Shown here: positions 1 through 12,863 of the stretch, one piece after another
Layout of the letters: every line of letters starts with the position of its first letter
How positions within the stretch are numbered: position 1 is the stretch's first letter
NCBI GenBank assembly: GCA_964016885.1
Contig: OZ024754.1
Coordinates: forward strand, 28,210,001 to 28,274,000
DNA: 64,000 nucleotides
Origin: Eledone cirrhosa
Taxonomy: Eukaryota
Direction of reading: 5' to 3'
Notes under the pieces: generated by a model
Told to the model about the DNA's origin: nothing
What the model saw: only the letters and a program-made list of their open reading frames with translations
Database searches by the model: none
Program-made: the position numbers and the translations under genes

Positions 1-18
1 CTTCGCATTTTCTCATTC

Positions 19-75
<57 letters not shown>

Positions 76-77
<2 letters not shown>

Positions 78-624
78 CTATATTTTTGAGACGAGGAATT
101 ATTTACATTATATACATTGGACGGACAGGTGTCCATATCTTGTTTTGTTGTTAACACAACGTTTCGCTTGATGTACTCTCCAGCCTTCATCAGTTGTCCT
201 AGTGATGTTATTATTAACGTTTGTTCAGGTCACTGCCTAGAATTGTACTCGGAATATTGAAGTTAATAACCCGATTTTTAACTACATTTTTTTTTTCCAC
301 CATTGGAAAACACGAAAACTAAAAGAGGCAGCACATATGCTAGGACACAATAACCTCCTAAGCAGACCTAGTGCAGATATGAGTAGTATATGGGAACCCG
401 TATTGAGGAAGGATAGAAAAGTATCAGTTTATAAGCCCTAAAAATTCACGAGAAAGAAAAAAAACTGGTTAAAAAGCGGTTAAAAATCGGGCTACTGACC
501 TCAGGATTCCGAGTACAATTCTAGGCAGTGACCTGAGCAGGACACCTGATGAAGGCTGGAGAGTACATCAGCCGAAACGTTGTGTTAACAACAAAACAAG
601 TTGAAGACACCCATCCGTCCAATG

Positions 625-633
<9 letters not shown>
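76..633. mobile_element. Penelope-like element 3' fragment with inverted pseudo-LTR arms (minus arm ~76-290, plus arm ~291-633), inserted in (TA)n
   Basis: 301 onward (+) translates HWKTRKLKEAAHMLGHNNLLSRPSADMSSIWEPVLR, a PLE GIY-YIG C-terminus. 107-290 is largely the reverse complement of ~470-633. Both arms have a hammerhead motif and both flanks are (TA)n. Confidence 0.8.
541..586 (+). ncRNA. Minimal type I hammerhead ribozyme motif (PLE-type); degenerate mirror copy at ~152-198 on the minus strand
   Basis: gacac-CTGATGA-a-ggctg(gagagtacat)cagcc-GAAA-CGTT-gtgtt. Core boxes, stem II and stem I (gacac/gtgtt) are present; stem III is reduced to the palindrome ACGT. Confidence 0.7.
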
Positions 634-858
<225 letters not shown>

Positions 859-1217
859 GTGTAGTGAACAAAAGTGAAAGTTATAAAAAATGTCACCTAC
901 CGATAAAAACTATTTTCAGTAAACTCACTGCCACAGGTATCATAGATATGCATGTAACTATGAACTGAGACAATTGGTAAAAACCCTTTTCGTTCAGATT
1001 TATTAGCACGCTATCAACGTCCACCATTTTGACAATTTTTTTTTTTATAAACAATACGTCGTGCACTTTTTTTTTTTTTCTTTTTGTTTGATGGTCTTTC
1101 CTCTCTCTTCTCGTTCTTCTTTCACTGTTGTTGCGGCTGTTGTTCCTGGTGCTGCCGTTTATTGCCTTTTTGTTTTGATTTCTTTTTCGTGAGTGTTTTC
1201 TGTTAATTCCTGTTGAG

Positions 1218-1272
<55 letters not shown>

Positions 1273-1429
1273 TTATTATTATTACTACTATTATTGTTAT
1301 TATTATTGGTTTGCGTGGGGGTGTGTGTTACATTTCCTCTTCTTTGCTGTAAACTTTTTGCAGACGATAAAATAAAACTGTTGTTATTACAGCTAACCTT
1401 TTGTTAGTTTGTTGTTGTTGCTGCTTGTA

Positions 1430-2388
1430 GCAATGATGATGATGATGATGTTGATGTTGGTGGTGGTGTTGGTGGTGGTGGTGATTGTGGTGGTGGTGGT
1501 GTTGGTGTGGTGGTGTTGTTGTTGGTGGTGTTGGTGCTGATGGTGGTGGTGGTGGTGGTGCTGATGGTGGTAGTGCTGATGGTGGTGGTGGTGTTGGTGG
1601 TCGTGGTGGTCGTGGTGTTGGTAGTGGTGGTTGTGGTGTTGGTGTTGATGGTGGTGGTTGTTGTGATGGTGGTGGTGGTGGTGTTGGTGGTGATTGTGGT
1701 GTTGGTGTGGTGGTGTTGTTGTTGGTGGTGGTGGTGGTGCTGATGGTGGTAGTGCTGATGGTGGTGCTGGTGTTGGTGGTGGTGGTGTTGGTGGTGCTGG
1801 TGGTGGTGTTGGTGCTGATGGTGGTGGTGGTGGTGGTGTTGCTGATGGTGGTAGTGCTGATGGTGGTGGTGGTGGTGGTGTTGCTGATGGTGGTAGTGCT
1901 GATGGTGGTGCTGGTGGTGGTGTTGGTGCTGATGGTGGTGGTGGTGGTGGTGTTGCTGATGGTGGTAGTGCTGATGGTGGTGGTGGTGGTGGTGTTGGTG
2001 GTGGTGGTGGTCGTGGTCGTGGTGTTGGTAGTGGTGGTTGTGGTGTTGGTGTTGATGGTGGTGGTTGTTGTGATGGTGGTGGTAGTGGTGGTGGTTGTGA
2101 TGGTGGTGGTGTCACTGACTCTGTTGATGGTGATAACGATGATGATTATGAGGCTGATGATAATGTTGAGGGGAGTAGGAGGAGTATGTTATCGTGAATG
2201 GAGGTGTTTGCCGGGTTTTGGTGTTAGTGCTACTGTTATTGTTGTATTCCCTGCTGTTGCTACTTCTTCTATTGCTACTATTACTATAGAAACTACTGGT
2301 ATCAAAGTTGGGGTTGTTGTTGTTGTTATTGGTGGTGGTGGTGGTGGTGGTGGTGGTGGTGGTGGTGGTGGTGGTAGTTGTGGTGGTG

Positions 2389-2420
<32 letters not shown>

Positions 2421-3605
2421 AGTTGTGGTAGTGGTGGTGGTAGTGGTGGTGGTAGTGGTGGTGATGGCAGCGATGGTGTTGTTGTTGTTGTTGTTGGTGG
2501 TGGTGGAGGTGGTAGTTGTGGTAGTGGTGGTGGTGGTGGTGATGGCAGCGATGGTGTTGTTGTTGTTGTTGGTGGTGGTGGTAGTTGTGGTAGTGGTGGT
2601 GGTAGTGGTGGTGGTAGTGGTGGTGATGGCAGCGATGGTGTTGTTGTTGTTGTTGTTGTTGGTGGTGGAGGTGGTAGTTGTGGTAGTGGTGGTGGTGATG
2701 GCAGCGATGATGATGTTGTTGTTGTTGTCGTTGGTGGTGGTGGTGGTGGTGATAGTTGTGGTAGTGGTGGTGGTGGTGATGGCAGCGATGGTGTTGTTGT
2801 TGTTGTTGGTGGTGGTGGTAGTTGTGGTAGTGGTGGTGGTAGTGGTGGTGGTAGTGGTGGTGATGGCAGCGATGGTGTTGTTGTTGTTGTTGTTGTTGGT
2901 GGTGGAGGTGGTAGTTGTGGTAGTGGTGGTGGTGATGGCAGCGATGATGATGTTGTTGTTGTTGTCGTTGGTGGTGGTGGTGGTGGTGGTGGTGATAGTT
3001 GTGGTAGTGGTGGTGGTGGTGATGGCAGCGATGGTGATGTTGTTGTTGCTGGTGGTGGTGGTGGTGGCAGTTGTGGTGGTGGTGGTTTTGTTATTGTGGT
3101 GGTGATAGTGGTGGTGGTGGTGGTGGTGGTGGTGACTGCGATGGTGGTGTTGTTGTTGTTGGCGGTGGTAGTAATAGTGGTGGTGGTGGTGGTAGTGGTG
3201 TTGTTATTGTGGTGGTGGTGGTGGTGGTGTTATTGTGGTGGTGGTGGTGGTAGTGGTGTTGTTATTGTAGTGGTGGTGGTGATGTTGTTATTGTGGTGGT
3301 GGTGGTGGTGGTGGTGGTAGTGGTGTTGTTATTGTGGTGGTGGTGGCGGTGATGGTAGTGGTGTTGTTATTGTGGTGGTGGTGGTGTTATTGTGGTGGTG
3401 GTGGTGGTGTTGTTATTGTGGTGGTGGTGGTGGTGGTGGTGGTGGTGGTGGTGTTATTGTGGTGGTGGTGGTGGTGTTGTTATTGTGGTGGTGGTGGTGG
3501 TGGTGTTGTTATTGTGGTGGTGGTGGTGGTGGTGGTGGTGGTGGTGTTGTTATTGTGGTGGTGTTATTGTGGTGGTGGTGGTGGTGTTGTTATTGTGTTG
3601 GTGGT
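1430..3605. repeat. (GGT/GTT/GAT)n trinucleotide-derived complex minisatellite
   Basis: Direct reading; higher-order blocks such as gatggcagcgatggtgttgtt recur. Confidence 0.95.
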
Positions 3606-3769
3606 ATTGGTATAGTTTCAGTTTCTTATATTACAACTAATACTTTCTTTAGGCGGGAACTTTTAACAAACTTACAACTTCTCAATGAGACCCCCCCCCC
3701 CCCACCTTCATTCTCAATACATTCTTCCCAATGTCTCACAAAACCCCTCTTTCTTTCTCTTTCTCTCTC

Positions 3770-3811
<42 letters not shown>

Positions 3812-3829
3812 TCTCTATCTCCATCTTTC

Positions 3830-3882
<53 letters not shown>

Positions 3883-3906
3883 TCTCTCTCATATATATTA
3901 TTATTA

Positions 3907-4198
3907 TCTATATATCTAAAACAGAGAATGTCTGTCTTTCTGTCAGCTCAATGAAACACGAGAACCACCCAACCGATTGTTTTCATACTTTACACATGTA
4001 ATACTTATGGTCCTGTGAGTGTTTTGAGCAAAAAATATTTCAAATTTTGAATGCCGCAGGGACCGCATTAGGTGATTTAGCGATCTCTCTTTCTCTCTCT
4101 TAGTCTTTCTTTTTAGATAGATACATAGATATAACGTCGCGCCTTTATAATATCTGTCTATATGTCTGGCTGTCTGCATTACGTCACTATGACGCGAT

Positions 4199-4296
<98 letters not shown>

Positions 4297-4683
4297 CTTT
4301 GTCAAGGCAGAATTCTAGGAGAAGGAAAACTCTGATATAACACCTGCAACCCTGATGGTATCCAATGACTTGTTCTTCTTTTTGATAAATATCATCTTGG
4401 TTAAAAGAGTGGGACTGGCTTTGTTCAGTGCCTTTTCTCACTATAAAAGCTTCACGGCACAGGCATTGCTTTATATCTGGAGATCTCTCTGCACTTGTCG
4501 TCACATGGTACCATGGGCCCAGCACTATGTGTCAATAATTGTCACAAGTGTAGTGTTTCTACCAGAGTATCAAGTCGCTGGCTGGACTTAAAAGTCACAC
4601 TCGTTCAGCACATCGGTAGGGGTTCTCCTACATGGATATAAAGTAGTGGCCGTACTCGAAAACGAGTTGGCAGCCACGATATA

Positions 4684-4724
<41 letters not shown>

Positions 4725-4840
4725 GTTTTCGTTTTTCGAAATATTTATTTCTGCGTTCACAGATTGATTTTTTTAATTTCAGAAGATCCCGTTAAGGGTG
4801 ACAGCAGCGATTCTTTGCTTAAACTTTAATCTGTATTTCA
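3907..4840 (+). mobile_element. Non-autonomous Helitron-like element, 5' portion; inverted copy of the 7712-8817 element
   Basis: Starts a|TCTATATATCTAAAACAGAGAATGTCTGTC. 3907-4185 matches the reverse complement of 8817-8370, and 4725-4840 matches 8315-8200. Confidence 0.65.
4295..4680 (+). mobile_element. Degenerate 3' end of an RTE-like LINE with a C-terminal C2H2 remnant
   Basis: Translates CHKC...IKSLAGLKSHTRSAHR* across a frameshift, followed by a terminal stem-loop actcg-aaaa-cgagt. Confidence 0.45.
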
Positions 4841-5499
4841 ATATATATATATATATATACACACACACATCCCACTAACACCTCTACTAATACCCCCCCC
4901 CCCACACGACCCCCTCCCACTCCACCTTCACACCTACCCATCTTCTGCCCTGTCCACCACACCTCCGCACACACAGACACACAGTCCTCACCACACACAC
5001 TGACTTTCTCCACCTGTCATTCTCCTCTACTGTTATGCCTTCATCCTGCCTTGACCCTCTCACCACTTCCTGTTGCGCGCGCACCCCATATCTCCACACT
5101 TCCGACCACCACAACCAACGGATTACACACCACCGGACATCGTTCCAGCTATCCACACTACGGAACTACCTTAGGAACTTACCCACGGACATACACTCAC
5201 AATTTTTTTTCGAACCACGCCACATACATCCACACTACATATAAACACCAACACACACGTGCGTACCCCCACATATACACAATCAGCCTCCGGAATCCCC
5301 CCCCCCCCCCCCCTTGACCCCCTCCCCACCCCTTGACCCCTCCCCATCCACACGCACGCACACACCGACCTACACTCCACCCCACACACACCCATGTTTT
5401 CCTGAACATGGAACCCCGTTCTTCACCCAACTCTCACGTTCACACACACACACATGTACACCTACACACACACACACACACACACGTACACCTACACAC

Positions 5500-6380
5500 A
5501 CAAACACCACCTTCAGCCCCCCCCCCCCTCTCTATCTATCTATTTATATTTCTCGTTTCATTTTTTCGCATCCTTCTTTTGCATTTTCTATTTTCTCACT
5601 CTCACCCTCCTTCACTCTGTATCTCTCCCCCACACCCTCTCTCCATCCCACCTTCTCTCTCCACCACACCCTCTCTCCTCCACACCCTCTCTCCCCCACA
5701 CTCTCTCTCCCCCACACCCTCTCTCCATCCCACCCTCTCTCCCCACACCCTCGCCCACACCCTCTCTCCATCCCACCCTCTCTCCTCCACACCCTCTCTC
5801 CCCCACACCCTCTCTCCCCCACCCCCCCTCTCTCCATGCCACCCTCTCTCCATCCCCCCCCCCCCCCTTCAGCTCCCCCTCGCTCACCCCCTCTCTCCCC
5901 ACTCCCTCGCCCACCCCCCTCTCCATCCCACCCTCTCTCCCCCACTCCCTCTCTCCATCCCACCCTCTCTCCCACACCCCCCACACCATCTCTATCCCCC
6001 TCTCCCCCACACCCTCCCCCCGCACCCCCTCTCCATCCCACCCTCTATTCCCACACCCTCTCTCTATCCGACCCTCTCTCCCCACACCCTCCCCCCACAC
6101 CCTCTCTCTATCCCACCCTCTCTCCCCACACCCTCCCCCAACACCCTCTCTCAATCTCACCCTCTCTCTATCCCCCCCACCCTCTCTCTCTATCCCCCCC
6201 ACACACCCTCTCCATCCCACCCTCTCTCCCCACCCCCTCCCCCACCCCCTCTCTATCCCCCACCACACACCCTTTCTCTATCCCACCCTCTCTCCCCACA
6301 CCCTCCCTGCACCCGCTCTCTATCCCACCCTCCCTTCAACCTAGTTCTACCACTCTCTCTCTCTCTCACTCTTTCTCATC
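5500..6380. repeat. C-rich (CT/CCA) low-complexity repeat
   Basis: Recurrent ccccacaccctctctccatcccaccctctct units. Confidence 0.9.
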
Positions 6381-6419
6381 ATCTTATTGTGGTCTTTCCT
6401 CACTTTCTTTACTATTGTT

Positions 6420-6740
6420 ATCGTCATCATCATCACCATCATCACCATCAACATAGTCATCATCATCACCATCATCACCATCAACATAGTCATCATCATC
6501 ATCATCATCACCATCATCACCATCAACATAGTCATCATCATCACCATCATCACCATCAACATAGTCATCATCATCATCATCATCACCATCATCACCATCA
6601 ACATAGTCATCATCATCACCATCATCACCATCAACATAGTCATCATCATCACCATCATCACCATCAACATAGTCATCATCATCACCATCATCACCATCAA
6701 CATAGTCATCATCATCATCATCATCATCGTCGTCGTCGTC
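6420..6740. repeat. (CAT)n-derived minisatellite with 33/42-bp units
   Basis: Repeated catcaccatcatcaccatcaacatagtcat. Confidence 0.9.
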
Positions 6741-6989
6741 GTTTTCCTCAAAATAAAGTACCAGTAATGTACTGGGGTAATTGCTGGCCTTGTGCCAAAA
6801 GTAGAAATAATTATTGTTGTTATTATTGTCATCATTTCCTTTTCTTTTTTTTTTGTTTTGCTCTTTTCTTACTTTTTCTTTCTCCCGTTCCTTATCTCCT
6901 CCTGCCCCCTCCCCCTCTCTCTTTCTCTCTCTCTTTCTCTATCTCTCTATCTTTCTCTCTAAATATCTCTCTTTCTCTCTCTATTTCTT

Positions 6990-7042
<53 letters not shown>

Positions 7043-7254
7043 TCTCGCACTCTCTCTCTCTCTCTCACACTCTCTCGCACTCTCTCTCGCTCTCTCACAC
7101 ACACACTCTCCTTTCCTATTATATAACAACATAAACATATCTTATTCAAAGTTTATTTATATAACTGAAAGGGGGTGGGACTATGAACTGGTAAATATGT
7201 CAGAAAAAAGACCTGCTAAAACATTTCTGTTAAAAGTACAAAAAAAATCTTCAA

Positions 7255-7560
7255 AATATAGGAAATTATGTCACAAAATATAACAAATTGTGTCACAAAA
7301 TATAGGAAATCCTGTCACAAAATATAGTAAATTGTGTCATAAAGTGTAGAAAATCCTGTCACAAAATATAGTAAATTGTGTCACAAAATGTAGGAAATGC
7401 TGTCACAAAATATAGCAAACTGTGCACAAAACATAGCAAATTATTTCACAAAATATAGCAAATTCTGTCAATATAAGAAATTGTGTCACAATATATAGGA
7501 AATTGTGTTACAAAATATGAGAAACTGTGTCACAAAATATAGGAAATTGTGTCACAAAAT
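7255..7560. repeat. 22-bp minisatellite, about 14 copies
   Basis: Unit tgtcacaaaatataggaaattg; starts at 7269 and 7291 give the 22-bp period. Confidence 0.9.
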
Positions 7561-7711
7561 AAAGGTTTCCCCTTAAAAACATTGTTTTTCGTTTCACCTT
7601 CTTTCCATTAGTTGCCTTGTCCTCATTTTGTTAATTTTCCTAAGTTTATATATACATTTATGTTGTGTGGCTCACCAATTGGTAGAACTGATCATTCCGT
7701 TTAGTTAATCA

Positions 7712-8817
7712 CTAGCAGAATGGCCCGGTGTTGCTCAGGATTCTAAACATAGATTGGCATGTTTATCCCTCCTTTCTGAAACAGTACAGAGAAGTACGGA
7801 ATACCTCGGCCTGGGGATGGTGTCTACATTTTGATCTTATAAAAACAATTCGTCGTAGATTACCAGGGGTTTAAGTTAATTGAGTGTCTGAGAGTTAAAT
7901 GTTCAACCCACGAAAGCCAAGACGATAGGGTTAAGTAAAAAGGCATTCGACAAACCGAACATGTATTTGTTGTGCTATGGTACAATGAAAGCAATAGTTA
8001 CAGAGCAGTAAGCATGTGGGACTACAGTGGTGGAGAGCATGAAGGAATTTAGTTGGATACTTTTAAGGTTACAAGCCCTAACGCAACCAAAATGCTAAAC
8101 AATGCGGTCCCCGTGAAATAAATACGTTTGTTTATATTTTGTTATTGTGTAGGCAAAAATATCTGTACAAGAATATATAATTATATATATATATATTAAA
8201 ATAACAGATTAAAGTTTAAGTGAATAATCGCTGCTTTCACCCTTAACAGGATCTTCTGAAACTAAAAAAAGTCAATCTGTGAACGCAGAGGTAAATATTT
8301 CGAAAAACGTTACACACTATATATATAAAAACACTATATATACATATATATATATACACACACAGATAATGTCGTAATGCGGAGAGCCAGACATACAGAC
8401 AGATATTATAAGGACACGACCTTATAGCTATGTATCTATCTAAAAAGACAGACTAAGAAAGAGAGAGATCGCTAAATCGCGGTCCCTAGCGCAGGGCCGT
8501 CTTAACAGCATTATAGGCCCCCGGGCAAAGTAGAGGAGCACTGGGGTCCCTACCTACACAACCACTCACAGGAATAAAAATACAAATGGGCCCCCTATTC
8601 TCGTGGGGTCCCCGGGTAACTGCCCAGCGTGCCCATGCGTTAAGACGGCCTTGCCCTAGCGCATTGAAAATTTGAAATATTTTTAGCTCAAAACACTTAC
8701 AGGACCATAAGTATTACATGTGTAAAGTTTGAAAAAAATCGGTTGGGTGGTTCTCGAGTTTTATGGAGTCAGACAGACAGACAGACAGACATTCTCTGTT
8801 TTAGATATATACGTAGA
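7712..8817 (-). mobile_element. Non-autonomous Helitron
   Basis: Minus strand begins a|TC(tacgtatatatctaaaacagag) and ends with hairpin cctgagcaacaccggg plus CTAG|t; no TSD. Confidence 0.7.
8492..8653. mobile_element. hAT-type MITE nested in the Helitron
   Basis: TIRs cagggccgtcttaac / gttaagacggccttg; exact 8-bp TSD ccctagcg at 8484-8491 and 8654-8661. Confidence 0.9.
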
Positions 8818-8962
8818 TATGATAGTAGGAAAATACTCTACGTTATGCAACTCATCCATCGAAGTTAAACATTTATTTAATTAAAACAACAGAAGGCTGG
8901 ACTTGAAGAAATTTCCATTTAAAGTTTTAATGTTGCTAAAAACACTATATATATACATGTCA

Positions 8963-9660
8963 GTGATGGCGCAGATCCTCCCCCACTTCATATTGACCGC
9001 GACGTCGTGGGGTTTGTCAGCACCTTCATTTACCTGGGCTCGGTATTCACCAACAATGGAGACCTCACCCCGGAGATCAACCGCAGATGTGATCTGGTCG
9101 GTGAGGTCGTGCACTCCCTATGAAAGTCCCTTTGGCGCCACTGCTCTATCTCCAGGAAGGAAAAGCTTCGTATCTACAAGCGTTGGTCTTCTCCGTTCTC
9201 CTCTATGGAGCAGAAACGTGGCCATCACAAATATCCTGGCAAAGTGGATCAGCGGCTTCGATAGTAGAGCCATGAGGACCATCAAGAACATCAGATGGCA
9301 TCACCACGTTTCCAACAAAGAGACACAGTCACATAGCCAACCACCGCATACGCTGCTACAGACATGTCTTTCGCCTGCCACCAGATCATCCTACCAGGGC
9401 CTTCATCTCGGTCGGCGCAGCAGCTACAGACTGGAAGAGGCCCCGCGGCAGACCCCGCACCAGATGACTGGATATGATCAGGGGAGATCTCCAGAGGCTC
9501 GACGTCACCTTGGAGGATGCAGAAGTACTGTCAAGGAACCACCAACGACGGAGGGCACTTGTGAACCTGGTCGGCACTACGCACGAGGATGCCGGGGGGG
9601 GGGGCTCCCTGATTTAGGGTGACCCAGTCTCATTGAGCATGAACATGAACAAGAGCAAGA
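8963..9660 (+). mobile_element. Decayed RTE-like LINE 3' fragment (RT C-terminal region)
   Basis: Reads TFIYLGSVFTNNGDLTPEINRR...SLWRHCSISRKEKLRIY with stops and frameshifts. Confidence 0.7.
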
Positions 9661-9956
9661 CTGAGTGACTATCTGGTGCGTAGGTGTCTAGTATATTGTT
9701 CATCCTGCCGCCATCTGTCTGTCTGTCTCCCCCTCTCTCTCTTTCTCTGCCCCCCCCCCCCCCTCACTATCTCTCTCTAGTTATTTCACCCACTTCTTGC
9801 TATTTATCGTGTAATACATTATTTTACTATCTTCTGTCGTTTTCTTAGTTCTATTCTCACGCATTACTGTAAACAAAATACAACTGCACCAACTTAGCAC
9901 TCACTTTATAAATACACACACATATAGTATATACATAAATACATAAATATATACAC

Positions 9957-10005
<49 letters not shown>

Positions 10006-10029
10006 CAGCTATGTAAATATACGTATATG

Positions 10030-10075
<46 letters not shown>

Positions 10076-11132
10076 CGCTTTCGAGAGCTACTGGTAACAT
10101 GTAGCCCAGTACAACCTGTCTCATATTCGGGTCGTCGTCGACTAAACCGGCAACCCCAAAACAACAGAACATCCTGCGGGATGAAATACAAGTCCCGGCA
10201 AAGGGCGGGGGAACTCAGCAGTCAACAGTTTTTTTTTGTTTGTTTTGTTTTTTTACCTGCGAGTGAAAGCCCCCCCCCCCCCCCCCCCCCCCCAGTTGTT
10301 GTCACAACACCTTTCTAGGATAGGGAAACTCTGAAAAAAACCTGCGGCTTCGGAAGCATCCGATGATGTTGACCAGTTCTCCTTTTCGGGTAGTGTTTTC
10401 GATGCTCAGAGACTGGGATTGGTCGAATGCAAGGCCTTTCCCCACTTGAAAAACTTTCAAAGCACAGGATCTGTTACAGGTTCGCTTGGCGTAGCGTAAA
10501 AGTACACCAAACTCTATAATCCGACAAATGATTGCAATACTCTTAGCAGAGTTTGCAGCCATGCGTGTAATTGTTTTTCAACGCTCCAAATAATGACGTA
10601 TAATATTCGTTTTTTCCCGTTCTTTGCCAGGGAACGTTTCCACGAACCAAAGTATCGTCTTCCTGTCTTCCTCCGGTTGCAACGTTTTTTGAAATATTTA
10701 CTTCTGCGTTCACAAATTGACTTTTTTAGTTTCAGAAGATCCCGTTAAGGGTGAAAGCAGCGATACTTTGCTTAACCTTTAATCTGTTATTTTAATAAAT
10801 ATTTGCTCTACGGTTCTTATATATTTGATATATATTTATCCTTATCGAGCCCTCTTTGGATTTTAGTCTTCAAATTTATTATTATTACTATATATATTTA
10901 TATATATATATTGTTTTAGCTTGTATTTCCCCAATGGATGTTTTGGCATTAGATAAACTATGTTATGTATATATGTGTGTGTGTTTGTGTGTAATTATTA
11001 AGGCCATCTATTACAACGGCGCCATGCCAGATACGTATGTTTCGTTAGCCACGGGGACCATCTTGTTCCACCTGTGCCGATTCGTTTTCATCCTACGAAT
11101 TTCAGTTGCTCTATACCTTGGATATCTTTACC

Positions 11133-11270
11133 AACCTATTACCAACCAACCAACCGGAAATTTACAAATTTCTTAAATTTATAAATTTAATTTATAATAA
11201 ATTGGAGTCAAAGCAACTGGTGCGTGTGTTTCTTATTGGCAACATGACCCTCCCAAAGTATAACAATATA
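11133..11270 (+). mobile_element. PLE pseudo-LTR terminal fragment, tail-to-tail with the next element
   Basis: Reverse complement of 11289-11390; same family as 14650-14968 and 57957-58537. Confidence 0.8.
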
Positions 11271-11288
11271 ACAATATATATATATATA

Positions 11289-12863
11289 TGCCAATAAGAA
11301 ACACACGCACCAGTTGCTTTCACTCCAATTTATTAAAAATTAAATTTATAAATTTAAGAAATTTGTAAATATCCGGTTGGTTGGTTGGTTCCACAACTGG
11401 ACGGTTATTCATATATTGTCAAAGTTCTTTCTTCAGTGACTGGGGATTCTTTTCTTTGTTTTGTGCCTCTCCTTTGTTCTGTCCTACGCCATCTTGTTTT
11501 TGTGTGTGTTTTGTGCTTAGTTTGCGCATGTGTTACATCCGGGTGCCTGTGTGTGTCTTTATTTGTTTATTTACATGTTACTAGTTGGTTGTTTGTTCTA
11601 TGTGTGTGTGTTTTCATGTTGTCCTTAATTGTAAGTTGTGATGTTGCTATTCCATTCATGTTTTCTATTTAATTTTGGTTGGAGTTCATTTATATTTATT
11701 GCCTCTGTGATTTGTCTAAACATGCGTCTTTTCTGTGTGTAGATTTTATTTTTATTTCTATGTTCTCTAATTTGCCCTTATGTTCTATTTTAGCATGTTG
11801 GTGGAGTACTGATGATTATTTTCTATCTTGAAGCTCTCGCCAGTGTTCATTTAATCGTTCTCCTATGCTACGAGCTGTCTCACCTATGTACACTATATTC
11901 TTATCTTTACATTGTCCCTCAGTACATATTATGCTATATACTATGTTTCTAGTTTTGCAGTTAATATGGGGGCTTAGTTTACAGATTATGCATTTCTTAT
12001 CTATACAGGGAGGTCTTTGAAAAGGGTATGTATTACTAATAAGTGTTTTTATGGAGGTACCTGGTCTTTCCACTATCTTAATATTTAGTTTAAGTTTATC
12101 TAGGGCCCTTCTAAATTTGTAAGCTAGTTCACCTCTAAGGGTTGTATTGATGAACATTACACTCTGGTATTTATTGCTATCATACCATGAGTTTATTCTA
12201 TTAACCTTATTCCTAGTTCTTTCTATTCTATTCCAAAATTTGCTCCTATACATGGGGCAGGTCCCATTTGTATCATAATTTATCATTTTTTCCCATTTGG
12301 TTCTGGCTCCTCTATATACTCTGATTTTATCTCTCTGGTTGTAACCAGAGAACTGCATACGGTGGATGAAGTGTTGTATGTGTCTCTCTAGTTATTTGGG
12401 GTTGCACATGCGGGACACGTTCCTCATCACCCGTACTAAATCCGTAATCAGTATGTTGATTTTGGTGTGATCCGAAACAGCTGAGTTTCGGTGGATTTGG
12501 AAGTCATGGGTTTGGCATAATGGAAATGGAGGATTTGTTTTTTGTTATTAATGGTTTCTAGCCAGAGATCTGTGTCTAGTACAGGTAATCGATGGTTGGG
12601 GTGTTTGCTTGGGTAGTCTATAGTAACTCTAATCCTCTGGTGGATGGAGTTAGCTATTTGCTGGATGCTTTCCATGGTGTTTTTCTCTAATTCCTGACTG
12701 TTCTCTAGTGGGGGTGTTTTTACTACGATGTTTATATCATCAACGTATCGAGAGTACATTATCAGGGTTAAGAGTTTGCTGTCTTCTAATTGTTCTTTAA
12801 GTTTATTGTCCCACCATACCATCTCTTAACCCTGATAGTGTACTCTCGCTACGTTGATGATAT
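11289..12863 (-). mobile_element. 5'-truncated Penelope-like retrotransposon (RT C-terminus, GIY-YIG endonuclease, pseudo-LTR); frameshifted
   Basis: ORF 12448-12822 has SRYVDDINIV...LPVLD...HYAKPM. ORF 11816-12358 has a Cys knuckle and NIVYSIIC...VYIGETARSIGERLNEH. Confidence 0.9.

Noticed and set aside
1393-6991. Gly/Val-, Pro/His- and Ser/Leu-rich ORFs (also 16030-18880)
   Set aside because: Simple repeats open in multiple frames, with no splice or domain support
7255-7560. CRISPR-like periodicity
   Set aside because: Head-to-tail minisatellite without unique spacers, in a eukaryotic context
10302-10562. 86-aa ORF on the minus strand
   Set aside because: No recognisable motif or exon structure
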